Assembly: GCA_001244265.2 (NCBI GenBank)
Contig: CDLV01000016.1
Coordinates: 62,001 to 126,000, forward strand
Direction: 5' to 3'
Source of the DNA: Microbotryum violaceum
Taxonomy: Eukaryota
DNA: 64,000 bases
Part shown: piece by piece, positions 1 through 13,002 of the stretch
How the letters are laid out: every line of letters starts with the position of its first letter
Numbering within the stretch: the first letter of the stretch is position 1
Made by a program: the position numbers and the translations under genes
Notes under the pieces: generated by a model
Database searches by the model: none
Told to the model about the DNA's origin: nothing
What the model saw: only the letters and a program-made list of their open reading frames with translations

Positions 1-389
1 GGTGTGGACGTTGTGTAGCTTCAATGCCTGTGAAGAGCTGTCATGGTTTTTGGGGGCTTAAGCTAGATCGCATATTAGTGGCTGTACCGTTCACCATTTT
101 CCGAATGGGGCCGATACCGTGGATCCGGGTCCCGTATTTTCCGAGGGAATCTCTCTTCGAGACTGATTCCATGGTCCTAAAGCGGAAGGCCTCGTTCGGC
201 ACAGCCAATCTGCGAGCCCGTCTGTGCAACGAGAGCCTTGCCCTTCTCATCTCGGCCGGATAGGATAGCGATGTCGATCACTTGGGTTCCGACCCCAAAT
301 TCCCCAAGCCTATTATGCGTGGCAGCTCGTTTCTCTTCTTCTTCATCATCTTCTTCACTTCGCATCCATCACTTCTCTCGCCACCCCTC

Positions 390-2379
390 ATGAAATTCCT
401 CATCCCCCTTTCCGTCCTCGCTTCGGCTCTTCAGCTCACCTCGGCAGCCCCTGCCGCAGGCGTCAAAGCCTTGAACGTCCGAGACCCTTTGGAAGGGCAG
501 GCTCGTGCTGCCTCCAAGTGCTCGAACAGTCAGTTTCTGAATCCCAAGAGTAAGTTCAAAATTTTGGCTGCTCTTCACACCAACTGCGCCAGCTTCCAGG
601 CTGACCCTCGCGTGCCGGACCCCCTTTCCAGCCAACAAGTGTCAAGATTGTTCAAAAACGTTCCCGCATGCTTCGGCCTGCAACAAGGACGGACCTTTGA
701 GGTGCAAACTCGGTAACCTAGAGGGCTGCAAATGCGAACTCGCAAAGTGCAAGATTGAGAGTGCGACCTACCTCTCGGACGATGGTAAGCTTTGAGCTCC
801 ATCTGAGTCGGTTCCTTCGTCGGCCTGCAGGCTTCAACCAGAGACTGAAGAGCCACTTTTCCTTTCTCCAGGCCGAAGGTGCTTGCGATGCAAGGACAAG
901 GGTGCGTCGGAATGCACTGCGACAAAATCGTTGGAGTGCAAGAAGGGTTACCTTCTTTCGGACAAGCGGGTCTGCGTCAAAGTTACCTGCACTCCTCCCA
1001 AAGTGTTGTCTCAAGACCGTAAGCACATTTAGTCACCCGGAGAACCACCTTCTTTTGAGCCCAAGTTGAGCTGAACTCTTCTCGCCTCTTCTTTACATTC
1101 TGGTAGAAAATGGATGCTGCTTGGATCCGAACGCTTCGGCTTGCTCCGACACCCAAGCTTCGACAGCGTGCAAGTCTGGCTACCAGCTCAAGAATAACTC
1201 CTGCAAGCTCATCGTGTGCAAGGCCCCGCTCGCAGTCGTGTCTGACGATAGTGAGTTCTCATGATCGGTTGCGAAAAGTACAACCTCCCCTGATTACACC
1301 ACGTAATGTGGGCCATGATGATCAGGTAACGGCTGCTGCTTCGACCCGCATGCGACAAAGTGCTCGGACCGAATCACCTCGACCTCGTGCGCAGTCGGGT
1401 ACAAGCTTGATCGTAACGAGTGCAAGATCGATGAGTCACGTACTTGCAAGCCTCCACTTGCTGTCTACTCTGACGATAGTAGGTCACAGGAATTTTTTCC
1501 GAGGAGACACTGTCTCGATATACCACTGACCAGTACGCCCTGGCTTAATATCTGCTATCACAGACAATGGCTGCTGCTTCGATCCCCACGCCACCAAATG
1601 CTCTGATCGCATCACGTCGACAGCATGCGCCGCTGGATACAAGCTCGACGTCAATGAATGCAAAGCCATTGTGTGCACATCCCCACAATCGGTCGTTTCC
1701 GATGACAGTGAGTGACTCTCCTACGCCCTATCGGCAGGTGTCGGTCAGGGCTGACCCAACAGGCTCAATTATCTCCATGATGATCTCGAAGACACGGGAT
1801 GCTGCTTCGATCCGCAAGCAACCAAATGTTCGACCCCATCAGTAGCAACAGCTTGCACCGATCTCTTTGACGTGGACGGAAACGTGTGCACCAAGAATGC
1901 CGTTTGCCCAGTGCCGACCTACAAGCCCAAACATGGTCAGTGTTTACAAGTGCCGTCCTCGAGGCTCCCACCCCACTTTTCAGCACAATTCAGTTTCATT
2001 TAAATATTTTCTTCCATATTCGTAGATACGGGGCCCAACTGCTGCATGGACCCTTACGCCACGTCCTGCTTCAACGACTTCAAGTCGACCGCGTGCGTGG
2101 AGGGCCGACGTTTGGGCAAAGGGGCTTGCGTGCCTCCCAAGTGTGAGGCGCCTTACGTCCAATCCCAAGACGGTACGTCAACTCTACTGGGTCAAACCCG
2201 GAGTTTTTCGAAATTGAGTTCATTCAACTGATTATGATATGTCTTCGCCGTCGGTTCGATTCTTGACAGACAGCGGATGCTGCACCGACCCGTACGCGAC
2301 CGCCTGTTCGTCTGCCTCGGTGTCGACCAAGTGCAAACGAGGCTACCGCACCTTGGGCACCAAGTGCGTCAAGAGTTGA
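390..2379 (+). CDS. Secreted cysteine-rich repeat protein (~433 aa, 9 exons), candidate effector or cell-surface protein
   Basis: Signal-peptide-like N-terminus MKFLIPLSVLASALQLTSA. Exons read by eye: 390-549, 632-784, 872-1018, 1107-1250, 1326-1478, 1564-1707, 1792-1935, 2026-2172, 2270-2379. All introns are GT-AG and phase 1. Repeated module e.g. NGCCFDPHATKCSDRITSTACAAGYKLDVNECKAIVC; ends TKCVKS*. Confidence 0.88.
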
Positions 2380-2990
2380 CGAATGGAATAGTCGCAAAGA
2401 GCAACAATGGTATAGTTGGACACCCTTGGTCATTTTGAGCGCCGACTCACTCGGAGTCGAAGCAATTCGAGCTTGATTTCGCAATTCGTGTAGCTTGATT
2501 TAATTGTAACAACCGGGCTCGCTCGCCACAAGTTTCAGAAGGGGAGAACAACCGAGAGAGAACAGCTCAGTCACAAAGTGCAACGAGATTTTCTTACGAG
2601 AGGATGCGTCTGTGATTTGAGAAAAAGGTCTCGATAGGAGCTGCGCCAAATATTTGAAGCTTAGTGACTGCCTGAAGTCTCACGCCTCCGAGTCCGAGCG
2701 CGGCGCCGCGGAGTAAGAATAGTCGGTGATGTACCCATACAGTATGCAGGGAGAGCAGAGTCTCCGGTCTTCCTGTAGGCAGACATTCTGAGTGCGGTCC
2801 ACCATCCTGGGTAAGCCCGTGGATCGCTGGAGTTTGCCCACCAGAAAGATCAGTCAGCGAATTGTAAAGGCCAATTTTGATCCGAATGGCAAATGGAATG
2901 CCGGGTCAAGCGCTCTGGTGACGCGTTGAGGGCGCTCCGCTTCCGCCCCATCGTTTGATCGTCCTCACCGCCGTCGTCTGCTGCGCTAGG

Positions 2991-4420
2991 ATGGCCTACT
3001 CTACAACATCGTGGCTCGTGCCGTATTCCGTCGTCGTGAGTAGGGAGGAGCGACGATGTGTACGCTGCAACCGCTCTGACGCCAGTGTGTTTGCCCATCG
3101 TCTTGCTCGTCTTGGTCGTCTCAGTCGATCGGACTCGTCGCTGGCCTGTACATCCTCTTTACAGGATCAGGTGAGCGGTGTACTGGGTGTCTCCCGTCTC
3201 GAGGTTCACCGACTGATCCAAGCTGTAAGCTGGCGGTGAACTGTAGGTGAACAGTTCAACCCGGGCGCGTTTCTCGAACAAACGTCGCCCTACGCCTGGG
3301 CCCTGCTCGGCATCGGATTGAACCTCGGTCTGTCGGTCGTGGGAGCAGGATGGTCAGTTTGACCCGATGCATCATATCGAGCAGTGCAACGCCGGCTGAA
3401 GCTCTTTTCCGATCGATATCGCTGGCTCCGGAATGCGCGCCACAGGGGAATCTGGATCACGGGCTCGACCATCATCGGTGCCGGAGTACGAGCACCCCGG
3501 ATCACCAGCAAGAACTTGATCTCGCAAGTGCTTTCACTCTCCGACTCGTAGCTATCGATCGCATGCTGTCGGGGGGCTGTGCAAGAGCACGACATGTCTG
3601 GATAGTCGTCATGTCCAAGCCGATGCCGACGCTCGAGCTGGCGGCGCAGATTAGTACACCAAAGCTGACACGAGGAACATTCCCCGTCCGACGATCACAA
3701 CAGAGTCATCTTCTGTGAAGTGGCAGGCGTCTATGGTAGGTCCCAGTTGCGCTCTTCTCTGTTCAGGCTCGTCGTCCAAACCGGCGGCGATTCCAAGTGT
3801 TGAACGCAGGATAGAATTTGGAACTGACTGAGCTCATTCTTTCATATAATATAGGCGTAATTGGATGCGAGTCATGCATTTCCCGCGAAACTAGCCTGCC
3901 TTCATGTTGCAAGGCGAAGCGCGTGCTGACCTCGCTCACATATCCTCCTCTTTAGCGATCGTCTTCTCCGCCAAGCTCGCTTCTTCCCCGACGCAAATAA
4001 CACTCTACACGGCTGGAAATTACTACACCGGATTTGCCTTGTTCTGGGGTGGTGTGACGATGGGCATGTGCAACCTGCTGTGTGGTATCGCCGTCGGGAT
4101 CTCGGGAAGTAACGCCGCGTTGGGTGATGCCGCCGATCCTTGTGCGTTCGCCTCGTGCACCTTTAAGAGTCAGGATGACAAGGGAGCTGAGGGTGCTAAT
4201 GAGATGATGTTTGATTGGCCTCGGTGTAGCTCTGTTCGTCAAGATCCTCGTCATCGAAGTCTTTTCGTCGATTCTGGGTTTGTTCGGTCTGATCGTCGGG
4301 CTGCTCGTCGTACGTGCATTCTCCTTGATCTTTCCCTTCATTGAACGGATTCGAACTGATGCATAGCCCATCCACACACTTGATTTTATTCAGAGCGGGA
4401 AAGCTGCCGAGTTCGTCTAA
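2991..4420 (+). CDS. VMA16: V-type ATPase proteolipid subunit c''
   Basis: Spliced translation contains [104 protein letters not shown]. It has the extra N-terminal TM helix typical of c''. Confidence 0.95.
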
Positions 4421-5314
4421 GCTCGTCGTGCTTCCGAGGAGCGAATGCTTGAGGCCGGAGGAAGATACTCAAGGGCCCATCATTGGAAATGTATGTGAAG
4501 GTGTTCTAGACGAAGGACGAAGAATGGTCTGAGCTGCTGTCTCTCGTGTAGAGAGACCGTCTTGATGGGTACCTTTCTGACGTTCTTGATTCTTGCGGTT
4601 TTTTCCTTTCTTGTGCGCCCCATGCGACGCTTCTTGTGTGATCAATATATCTCAGTCTTGTATCATCAGCAAAGCAATGAGCTCAAGGAGTGATGAGAGG
4701 GGAGGGAGAGAGCCAAAGGGCTAGCCTACCAGCATGAACAATCAAGGGGACTTGTGACGCTCCGGAACGATCTTCTCCCAAGTTCCGAACCTGAAGCGGA
4801 AATCTCTGAATTGAGCGTCCGACAGTCGGGGGCCAATGCCCTGACTCTCTCGAGATCAGCCAAAAAACACCCGAGTAAGATTTGATCGAAAAGTTGTGGA
4901 ATTTGAAACAAATGTGGGATGCTCGAGAGGAACGAGTAAAGCGGTCGGCGCCGGTCGTTTCGTTTTGCCATTTGCCGCGGCCCGGCAGGCAGAGAACCCG
5001 CACAAAAGGCAGGGGCGAGTGGAGCTCCGTGATCAACGCTCCTTTCCATCGGTTCCTGACGCGTTTGCAGCCTTGATTCTTGGCCCTGATCCTCCCACGA
5101 GACGAAATCACGAGTGTTCATACACATCCGCTCCAACTCAGAGACGGTACACACGTCCCTTGTACCCTCGAACGACTCGCGTCGCTCCTTGCTAGCACTG
5201 CGGAGTGTTCCCCCACACGGAATACGGGAATACGGAATACGGCGCTTGGCATCCCCATTGCTGCACTGCACTTGGACCTGATCCAACCCCAGTCACGCCC
5301 ACCCACCCATCATC

Positions 5315-8186
5315 ATGACGACGCCCATCATCCCCTCAAACATGACCAAGGAACCTGCGCCAGCTCTGTTCACGGCGTCGAACGTGCTGCTACAAACCTT
5401 GGTCGACGCCGGGATCACGCATTGCTTCGTCAATCTTGGCTCGTAAGTGTGCCCGTCTGCGCGGCGTCCGTCGGCCAATCGGAGCGAGCGCACGACGGAA
5501 ACCCCCGGCTGAGTCCGAGCCCATGGCACGCGCCAGGAGAATTTTGCGCGGAGGCCGACGAGTCATGTCCAGTTGTGTTTGCACCGTTAACTGACTCCGC
5601 ATTACCGCAGTGACCATCCAAGCCTGCTCGAAGCGTTCATCCAGCGTACCAAGGATGGCGTCAAGTCCGTCAAGATCGTCACGTGCCCGAACGAGGTGTG
5701 GCTACCTTGTTGTCGATCGGTTCATCGCCGGGGACAACATTCACTGAGAGCTCTTCATTTCAATTTTTTTTTACATTAACTATAGATGGTTGCACTGTCC
5801 TGCGCCCAAGGTTATGCCCAGGTCTGCGGCAAACCTGCCGCCGTGATTGTCCACGTCGTAAGTCCACGACGCTTCCTGCAAGGACACATTCGAGTGTCTC
5901 CCTATCCATGGTGCCAATCTATCGTTTTTTTATTAATTTTATTGTAGGACTGCGGCACCCAAGTCAGTGCAGCGCTAAGCTGGGGAGGGGGCTCGCCTTC
6001 AAGCCGGTGCTGAAAAATCTTCCTCGCTTCCCTCTAGGCTTTGGCGGGTGCAGTGCATAACGTCTGTGCATGCCGCACCCCTGTGTTGATCTATGCCGGA
6101 GTGAGTATTCGCGAGACTTCGCGAGAGAACTCCGAAATATTGACTTTGCGCTGACTATTGCCGGAACGTACCTTTAGGCTTCACCTTTCTCGCAAGAGGG
6201 CGAGCACGCCGGCTCGAGGAACGAGGTAAGAGCGAAGTGCGAAGCTTGAAATCACCGATGCAGGTTCAGCTCGTTCCAAACTGATGTTCGACTTTCCTTC
6301 TCATCTTTAGTTCATTCACTACCTTCAAAATTCCGTCGACCAGCCCCAAATCGTCCGCCAGTACATGCGCCACGTCGGGGAGATTCGTTCCGGCGCAACG
6401 GCGCAGCACGTAAGTCCGACACCCAGCCAGAAAGATCAAGAAGGGGGTCAGCCCTAACTTCAAGGTATCATTTCGGACGGTAATTCGTTCATTACAGACC
6501 ATTTTGCGAGGTCTTCAGTTCGCGATGAGTGAACCCAAGGGACCGGTTTACCTGTGGGCGATGAGGGAAGTCACCGAAGAACGACTGGACCCAAAGAGTT
6601 GAGTTGACCGAGGTGCTTGTGTGTCCAATCTTGCGATCCCTGGACTGACCAGCTGACCGATCCTGTACAGGTATCAAGGATGTCCGAGCGAGCGAAGTGT
6701 GGACCCCCATCGAGCCGTCTCCTTTGGGGCCCAATGGTAAATAGGTTCCATGAGGCCCAGGCCAACTTTGCCTCCAGGACAAGTGCTGAAAACGAGCTTT
6801 TCACGAACAGCCGTCAAGCGCATCGCAGAGTCGTTGGCCAAAGCCAAGAAGCCTCTGTTCATCTCGACCTACGCCGGCCGCAACCCTTCTTCCGTCGAAC
6901 CACTTACTCGCTTGGCCGAGTTGACAGCCTCACCCGTCTTTTCGAGCTGCCCCTCGACAGTCAACCTTGATTTCGACCATTACCTCCATGCGGGCGTCAG
7001 CTTTGGTCAACATAACCCTTTGGTCGAGGCGGCGGATTTCATCTTGATTTTAGATTGTGACGTGCCCTGGTGAGCTCCAAGTTGATTTCTCTAATCCCAT
7101 GAGGTGTCATTTCCTACCACTTAGGTTCACTACTCTGCTAGGTTGGCATTGCATACCAAGCCCTCGAGGTCTGCCGAGATCTTCCATATCGACTGCGACC
7201 CGCTCAAGGAGAAGATGCTCGCCTATTCGTACCCCGCTCTTCTGCGAGCCAAAGCCGACGTCGGTCTAGCATGCGAACAACTCATCGACTACCTTTCATC
7301 CCCGAACTCGGCGCTCGACTCGACCTTGATTGAAGAGCGTCGCTCCGAATGGAAGCAAAAGAAACAACAGCACGATGCCGAACTGCTTGGTTTGGAAGCC
7401 CCCGGCAAGGGAGACCTCTTGACTGCGCCTTTGATCGTCGCTAGTTTGAGGAAGAACTCGAACCCTGAAAAGACGTTGGTCTGTAACGAGGCGATCTCCA
7501 ACTACCCTCATGTTTGGAACCACTTCAAGCCTCGTGTAAGTTCTGATCTAGCCACTGTCGTCTTTAACCTGCGCCGCAGACTCTGACTCCCTCCCCGTCT
7601 ACCTTGAACTGCCGCCCCGACAGGTCCCCGGGTCGCTTCTCAGTTCTGGTGCCTCTTCACTCGGATGGTCTCTCGGAGCCGCGATCGGTGCCAAGTTTGC
7701 GGGTGATGCCGACTCTTCATTCGAAAAGGATTTGGTTGCAGTCGTTGTCGGTGATGGTAGCTTCGTCTTTGGTGTGCCCAGCGCGAGTTACTGGATTAGT
7801 AGGCGCTATGACGCTGTGAGTGCGCTTTTGATACCAGAAGAAGCCTACCTCGGTGGCTGAATTCGTCCTCCCTGCTGCTTCGATCATAGCCCTTCCTCAC
7901 CATCGTCCTCAACAACGGCGGCTGGAAATCCCCCACCCTGTCCATGATAGGTGTCCATCCCATCGGCCTCGGATCCCGCTCTACAGCCGGTGATCTCAAC
8001 GTCTCCTTCGGTCCCACGGACGACCTCAACCCCGATTACGGAGCGATCGCGCAAGCTTCAGGTGGGGCTTGGTGCGCCAAGGTCAAGTACGCGCACGAGT
8101 TGGAGGAAAAGATGAAGGAGGCCATTAGGGTCGTGAAGGAGGAGAAGAGGTCGGCGGTGTTGGATTGCTGGCTAGAGAGGTTCTGA
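5315..8186 (+). CDS. Thiamine pyrophosphate-dependent enzyme (acetolactate synthase-like / benzoylformate decarboxylase-like)
   Basis: N-terminal LVDAGITHCFVNLGSDHP, PNE-MVALSCAQGYAQ (catalytic Glu region), SEPKGPVYLW, and the C-terminal TPP-binding motif VVGDGSFVFG...FLTIVLNNGGW. Many short introns; stop at 8184-8186. Confidence 0.9.
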
Positions 8187-8339
8187 TTAAGGTTGTCGTG
8201 TTGGGACAAAGAGCTCTCGTGGGGTATGATCTGTCTCATTGACCAATTCATTGTATTGATGTTGACCATGAAAAGCAATTTTGCGGCGCATGGAACGTTC
8301 TGTCTCATATTATGCATGCCAACGGCGCGAGAAACCGTC

Positions 8340-10685
8340 CTACCACACCACCGCCAACCCATTCGTCTCCTCCTTCTCCAAAGCGCGATAACTCGTCCTC
8401 AGCAGCTCCTTCCTCCGCTCACTCCCTCCGCCTTCAACCAGTTCCTCCAAGCAAGCTCTGACTTCATTTTCTTCCTCCTGAATGCCTCGAAGATTTCGGA
8501 TGTACGGCACTATACTCGGATCCAAATTCGCTTCCTTGTCACTCGGTGATACGGGTGTCGTGCTATACACGCTCCAGTATTTCTGCTCGACCTTGTTGAC
8601 CCATTCGACCGAGCTCAAAACCTTACGATCTTCCTCTCCTCCATCCAAATCCATGCCACCTGTTTCCTCCTCCTTCATCTCCGTCAACGCAACATCCGGC
8701 ATCCCTTCCTGATCAACTTCCCACCTCCTCGCAGCAGCCGAGTTGGACGGCGTTGGGATCTGTCCACCGCCATTGACGCAACCACTCGGACAAGCCATGA
8801 CCTCGATGAACTCGAGATCCCTTTCCTTCTCCTTCCCTAACCCCACCTTAGTCTTACTCCCATACCCACTTGCACCTCTCATCGAAGGAGGAGCTCTCCC
8901 CGCCGCCCCTACACTAACCGAGATACCGAACTCTCGTCCCAATTTCTTGACGATCGTATGAAGGTTATGCAAACCGTAAGATTTGGCCACTTTGACGAGC
9001 ACTTGATCTTTGCGGTAGAGCGTCGATTGGACCGAGTTGTCGTTACGTAATCGTTTAAGGTCGACGTGGAGTTCGGGATAGATTTCTGGAGGAAGGTTCG
9101 ACAGGATGGCGAGAATGGCGTTTTGGAAATAACCACCCGAGGAGGTGGAGGTCGATGGATCGCTCGAGCGAGGCGACAAAAGGGTCGAAGGGAAGTACTC
9201 GGATTCTGATGCTCCCAAGTCATTCGATTCCTTCGCCAATCGACTCAAAGTCGTCCCAGAGGCGGTGATCATCGTGTTGACCTCTCCCGTCGTAAGTACA
9301 CAATCGACGTCACGAACGGGAGAAGTTGGGGCTTTGGCCGATGATGACGAAGGGTCGAGGACGAAAGGTGTCGCGAAGTCGGGTCGGGAGGCTTCGAGTT
9401 TTTTATCGTAGCAGGGCATGACGCTAACATGGTAGATCTCGTCCGGTCTGTGGTAAAAAAATAAACAATCAACATGGATTTCGACGCTCCTACCGGCAGC
9501 AGCAGAATAATCGCTCACTTAAGTCCCAATCTCTTCGCCACTCTCCCACCCTTAACCAAAGTCCCCATCATCGCCTGTGGACTCTTTACGTTGCTAACAA
9601 AAGGCAACAACTCTCCGTGCGTCTTTTCGGCATAGCAAATCCATCCAGGACATGCCGAACTGAGGATCGGTAATGGACCGGTCGAGGACGAGGTTGGCGA
9701 ATTTGTAGAAGTGGAGAGTACGGAGGGGGAGGGTTTGGCGGGGTTTTGTTCGGCGTGGGTTCGACGTTCGAGAAATTCTAGACGGTTCTCGAGGAGCGAG
9801 ATGGAACGGGCGAATGTGGTGTCGAAGACGAACCTTGCCCACGCAGTCAGACGGTATTTGGTCAGGGCGGCGATCGAGTGTAAGTACGCGTTCTGGTCAT
9901 AGACTCACCGGAAGCCGAGCTGTCGCTTAAAGTACAGACGTAAGCCTTTTACAGTATCTTCTAGCGACAAGTCATGCAAGGCCGCCAGACTGGCGATGCT
10001 TTGTGGCGAGATGGACATGATCGGGGTAAGATCCTGCATGGCACGGGGAGAATTCGCCTTTTGTCAGTTTCGGCCCAAAGAAGAAGGGGAGGGTGTGGTG
10101 ACTCACTGGTCTCTCTTTGATCATTCGCTCAACCTCTTGGTGAGATTGCATCTGGACGAGTACCGATTCGGCGGAGGTGATGCAGCCACTGTATGAGCAT
10201 CGAGTCATGACGTCAGCTCAGTGAAAAGCAAATTTTGCTCTCGTCTTGGCTCGACTCACGAGCACGCAAGACAATCATTGAGTGTGATTTCAGCCTTCTT
10301 GAGTTTCTTGACTTTGGTTCCGTTGCTCGCTTTCTCATAGTAGGCAAGCGTCGAAGGATCGATCATGATTTCCATCTTCGCACGATCGTCGGGATCGGTC
10401 AGCAAGCAGCTCATTCCGATCAGTCCGACGAAACGGTTTTGGCTCACATTGGCTTTAGAAGCAGGATCGTTCGCAAGCTTGCTGGCTTCTTCCTCGTCCG
10501 GATCGGTGTCCTCGACCATCTCGACGGGTTTGATGCACAGTTGCGAAGGCGCGAGGTAGTCGTTCAGATCGGTCAGCGTCTGAGAAGAGATGGGGTAAGC
10601 GAGGACAACGACTGTCAGGGGGGGGTTTCAGAGCAGGGGAGTGATGTGAGAGTATGCAACTCACCAGTCCAGCCGAGAGTGACAT
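8340..10685 (-). CDS. NAR1: Cytosolic Fe-S cluster assembly factor Nar1 (iron-only hydrogenase-like)
   Basis: [79 protein letters not shown] and a C-terminal Trp (LAVVW*). Confidence 0.96.
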
Positions 10686-10783
10686 GGCGAGTGAGCTTTA
10701 GGGGATAAGAAGGCCGTGATCGGAGCGCGTGGACAGCTGTTGCTGCTGTTTCTGCTGCTGGTGGCGACGACCACTGCACGTGA

Positions 10784-10818
10784 GCGATGAAGCGATGAAG
10801 CGATGAAGCGATGAAGCG
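10784..10818. repeat. (GCGATGAA)4 tandem repeat upstream of NAR1
   Basis: Four perfect 8-mer copies plus a partial copy, about 100 bp upstream of the NAR1 ATG. Confidence 0.9.
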
Positions 10819-11328
10819 TAACGCTGAGCTGCACGCGGTGCCGAGGTGTATGATACCGATCCGTACAGGTACAGGGAACGCTCGAATCCGACACACGGAG
10901 CCGGTGAAGGGTGGCAACGGACGTGCGATGTAGTGTGTACGAGCGCGGAAGGCGAAGAGGCCAAAGCCAGAGCGACTGATGATGATTCAGTCCCGTCGTC
11001 AAAATCGACCTCGGCCAATCCCGAATCGCCGAATTCTCCGAGGCTGACTCACCACATTTATGGCGTCGAGCGGTCTGTCTTCACACCCGATTACCCATTC
11101 CGCAAGATCGAATCTCCCCAGAACTCTATCACGATATCAGACTAGAATCAGTCTACCTGCTACACTACACCCTCGTCTTCACGAAAGAAACGTCGCTCGG
11201 AGTCAATGCTCGGTGATAAGCGGAATTCTTTTCATATTCACATTGCATCCACAAACTGTCAGAGTCATACAACAGAGCAAAAAACGCACTTGAAAGCGTA
11301 AACTGCTTCGGCAGCGCATCCCTGCACT

Positions 11329-13002
11329 TTACGACTTGTGCTTCTGCTCCTCCCCCAAGTAGATCACAATCTGTGCCGGGCGAGAAAGGCAAGAGTCAGC
11401 TCCATCGAGACGTCAACTTCCCCGCATGAAAACGGCCCATCTCACCTTTCCAAACTGTGAGCCCTTCTTCAAGATCTCAAAGCCCTTCTCCGCCTCCTCC
11501 AACCCGTCCAAAACATCCGCCACGACCGGTCGAATCCCATGACGATCCGTAAACTTGACGCTCTCAAAGAATTCCTCCCTCGAACCCATCGTCGAACCTT
11601 TGTATTCTTGGTTCTTCAGTACGAAGCCCATGTTGATGCCGACTTCTTGGCCCGTCGTTTGACCATAGCAGGAGACGATGCCGCCGTCTTTGAGGAGGCG
11701 ACTGACCTGAGTCGCGATCGGGCCTCCGCCTGAATCGACGACACTGTCGAGATAAGGGTGGTCCTTGGGGAGCAGAGCTTGGAGTTGTTTAGTCCAGGTA
11801 GCGTCCTTGTAGTTGATGCCACCTTTGGCTCCGAGTTCGACGGCACGTTGAATCTTTTGTTCAGAGCTCGAGGAGACCTGTCGTCGAGAGGCAGAGATCA
11901 AGTCAATCTCAGATGCGAGGACTGCAACGCACCGAAAGACACCACACACTCACCCAGACATTGGCACCTAAACACCAGAAAGATGGGACGAGCGTATCAG
12001 CTTCCAAACCTCGTCTCGTCGCGTCGAAGCGGTGCTGAACAGAGGTGAGTTACGTACCGGCGGCGACACAGAATTGCAATGCCGTGATGGCGACACCTCC
12101 ACCGATACCGGTGATCAAGACGTTGTGACCCTTTTCGACCTTGGCCTTGGTGAAGACCGCGCTGGTGGAGAAGGAAGAACATTTCGTTAGAGCGCTGCTT
12201 GGGTGATTGCCAACAAACCTTTCAAAAGTCCTGACTGACCGGTACGCGGTCAATCCACCCAACGGTACTGCCGCCGCTTCACACCACCCTTGCTTACCGC
12301 CCTTGGTCAGATGAGCGGGGCATTCGATCAAATCGTCCTTATCGACGACGACATACTCGGCGAACGTACCCCTTCCACCCGTCTGACGAACGTTGCCCAA
12401 GATACCGAAAGGTTGCTTCTGATCGGGTCCGAGGGGCGACGACAACCAGTTCACGGCTGGGGCGACTAAAACCGCTTTGTTGTGCAGAGGGTGGTTCGGC
12501 GATTTGACGATACCGACAGCGTCGGCCCCAAAAATAGAGGGCTGCTCGGCCGTCGAAAAGATCACACCGGGGTAGAGGCCTGGTCGGAGTGTGGAGTATC
12601 CACCGGAGGGCGAGTGTCAGTGTGCAATATCTCGATCGTGGCTCCTAGGCCAGACCGAACTTGTCTAGAGCGTTTGTAGCATTCCCAACACCTCGAAACG
12701 CAAAATCTGAATAGGTCGGACTCCGGGCCACGCGCAAGCGGTGGTGAGGAACGAGGACCCACTCTGACGAATGAACAAATCCCTGCGGTGTCGTAGGAAT
12801 TCAAGTCAGCCTCAGCCTCACCCAAGTCCCGCCGAGTAAAGTTCGCGGCTCACCTATGGTTGAAAGCAGCGGCGATGATCTTGACCAAGACTTGCCCTTG
12901 TTCGGCGATGGGCACCGGGAGGTGGGCGACCTTGGCCGGGTGGTAGCACTTTGGTCCGGGTTTAAAGTCGCCGGCGGTCTGTTCGAGGATCAGCGCTTTC
13001 AT
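11329..13002 (-). CDS. Medium-chain dehydrogenase/reductase (quinone oxidoreductase-like)
   Basis: MKALILEQ...VLVKIIAAAFNHR, GRGTFAEYVVV, AAAVPLGGLTAYR, NAD(P)-binding VLITGIGGGVA, KGSTMGSREEF, QFGKIVI; last exon ends EEQKHKS*. Confidence 0.92.

Noticed and set aside
4683..5111. Overlapping ORFs between VMA16 and the TPP enzyme gene
   Set aside because: No recognisable domain or splice pattern; treated as intergenic.
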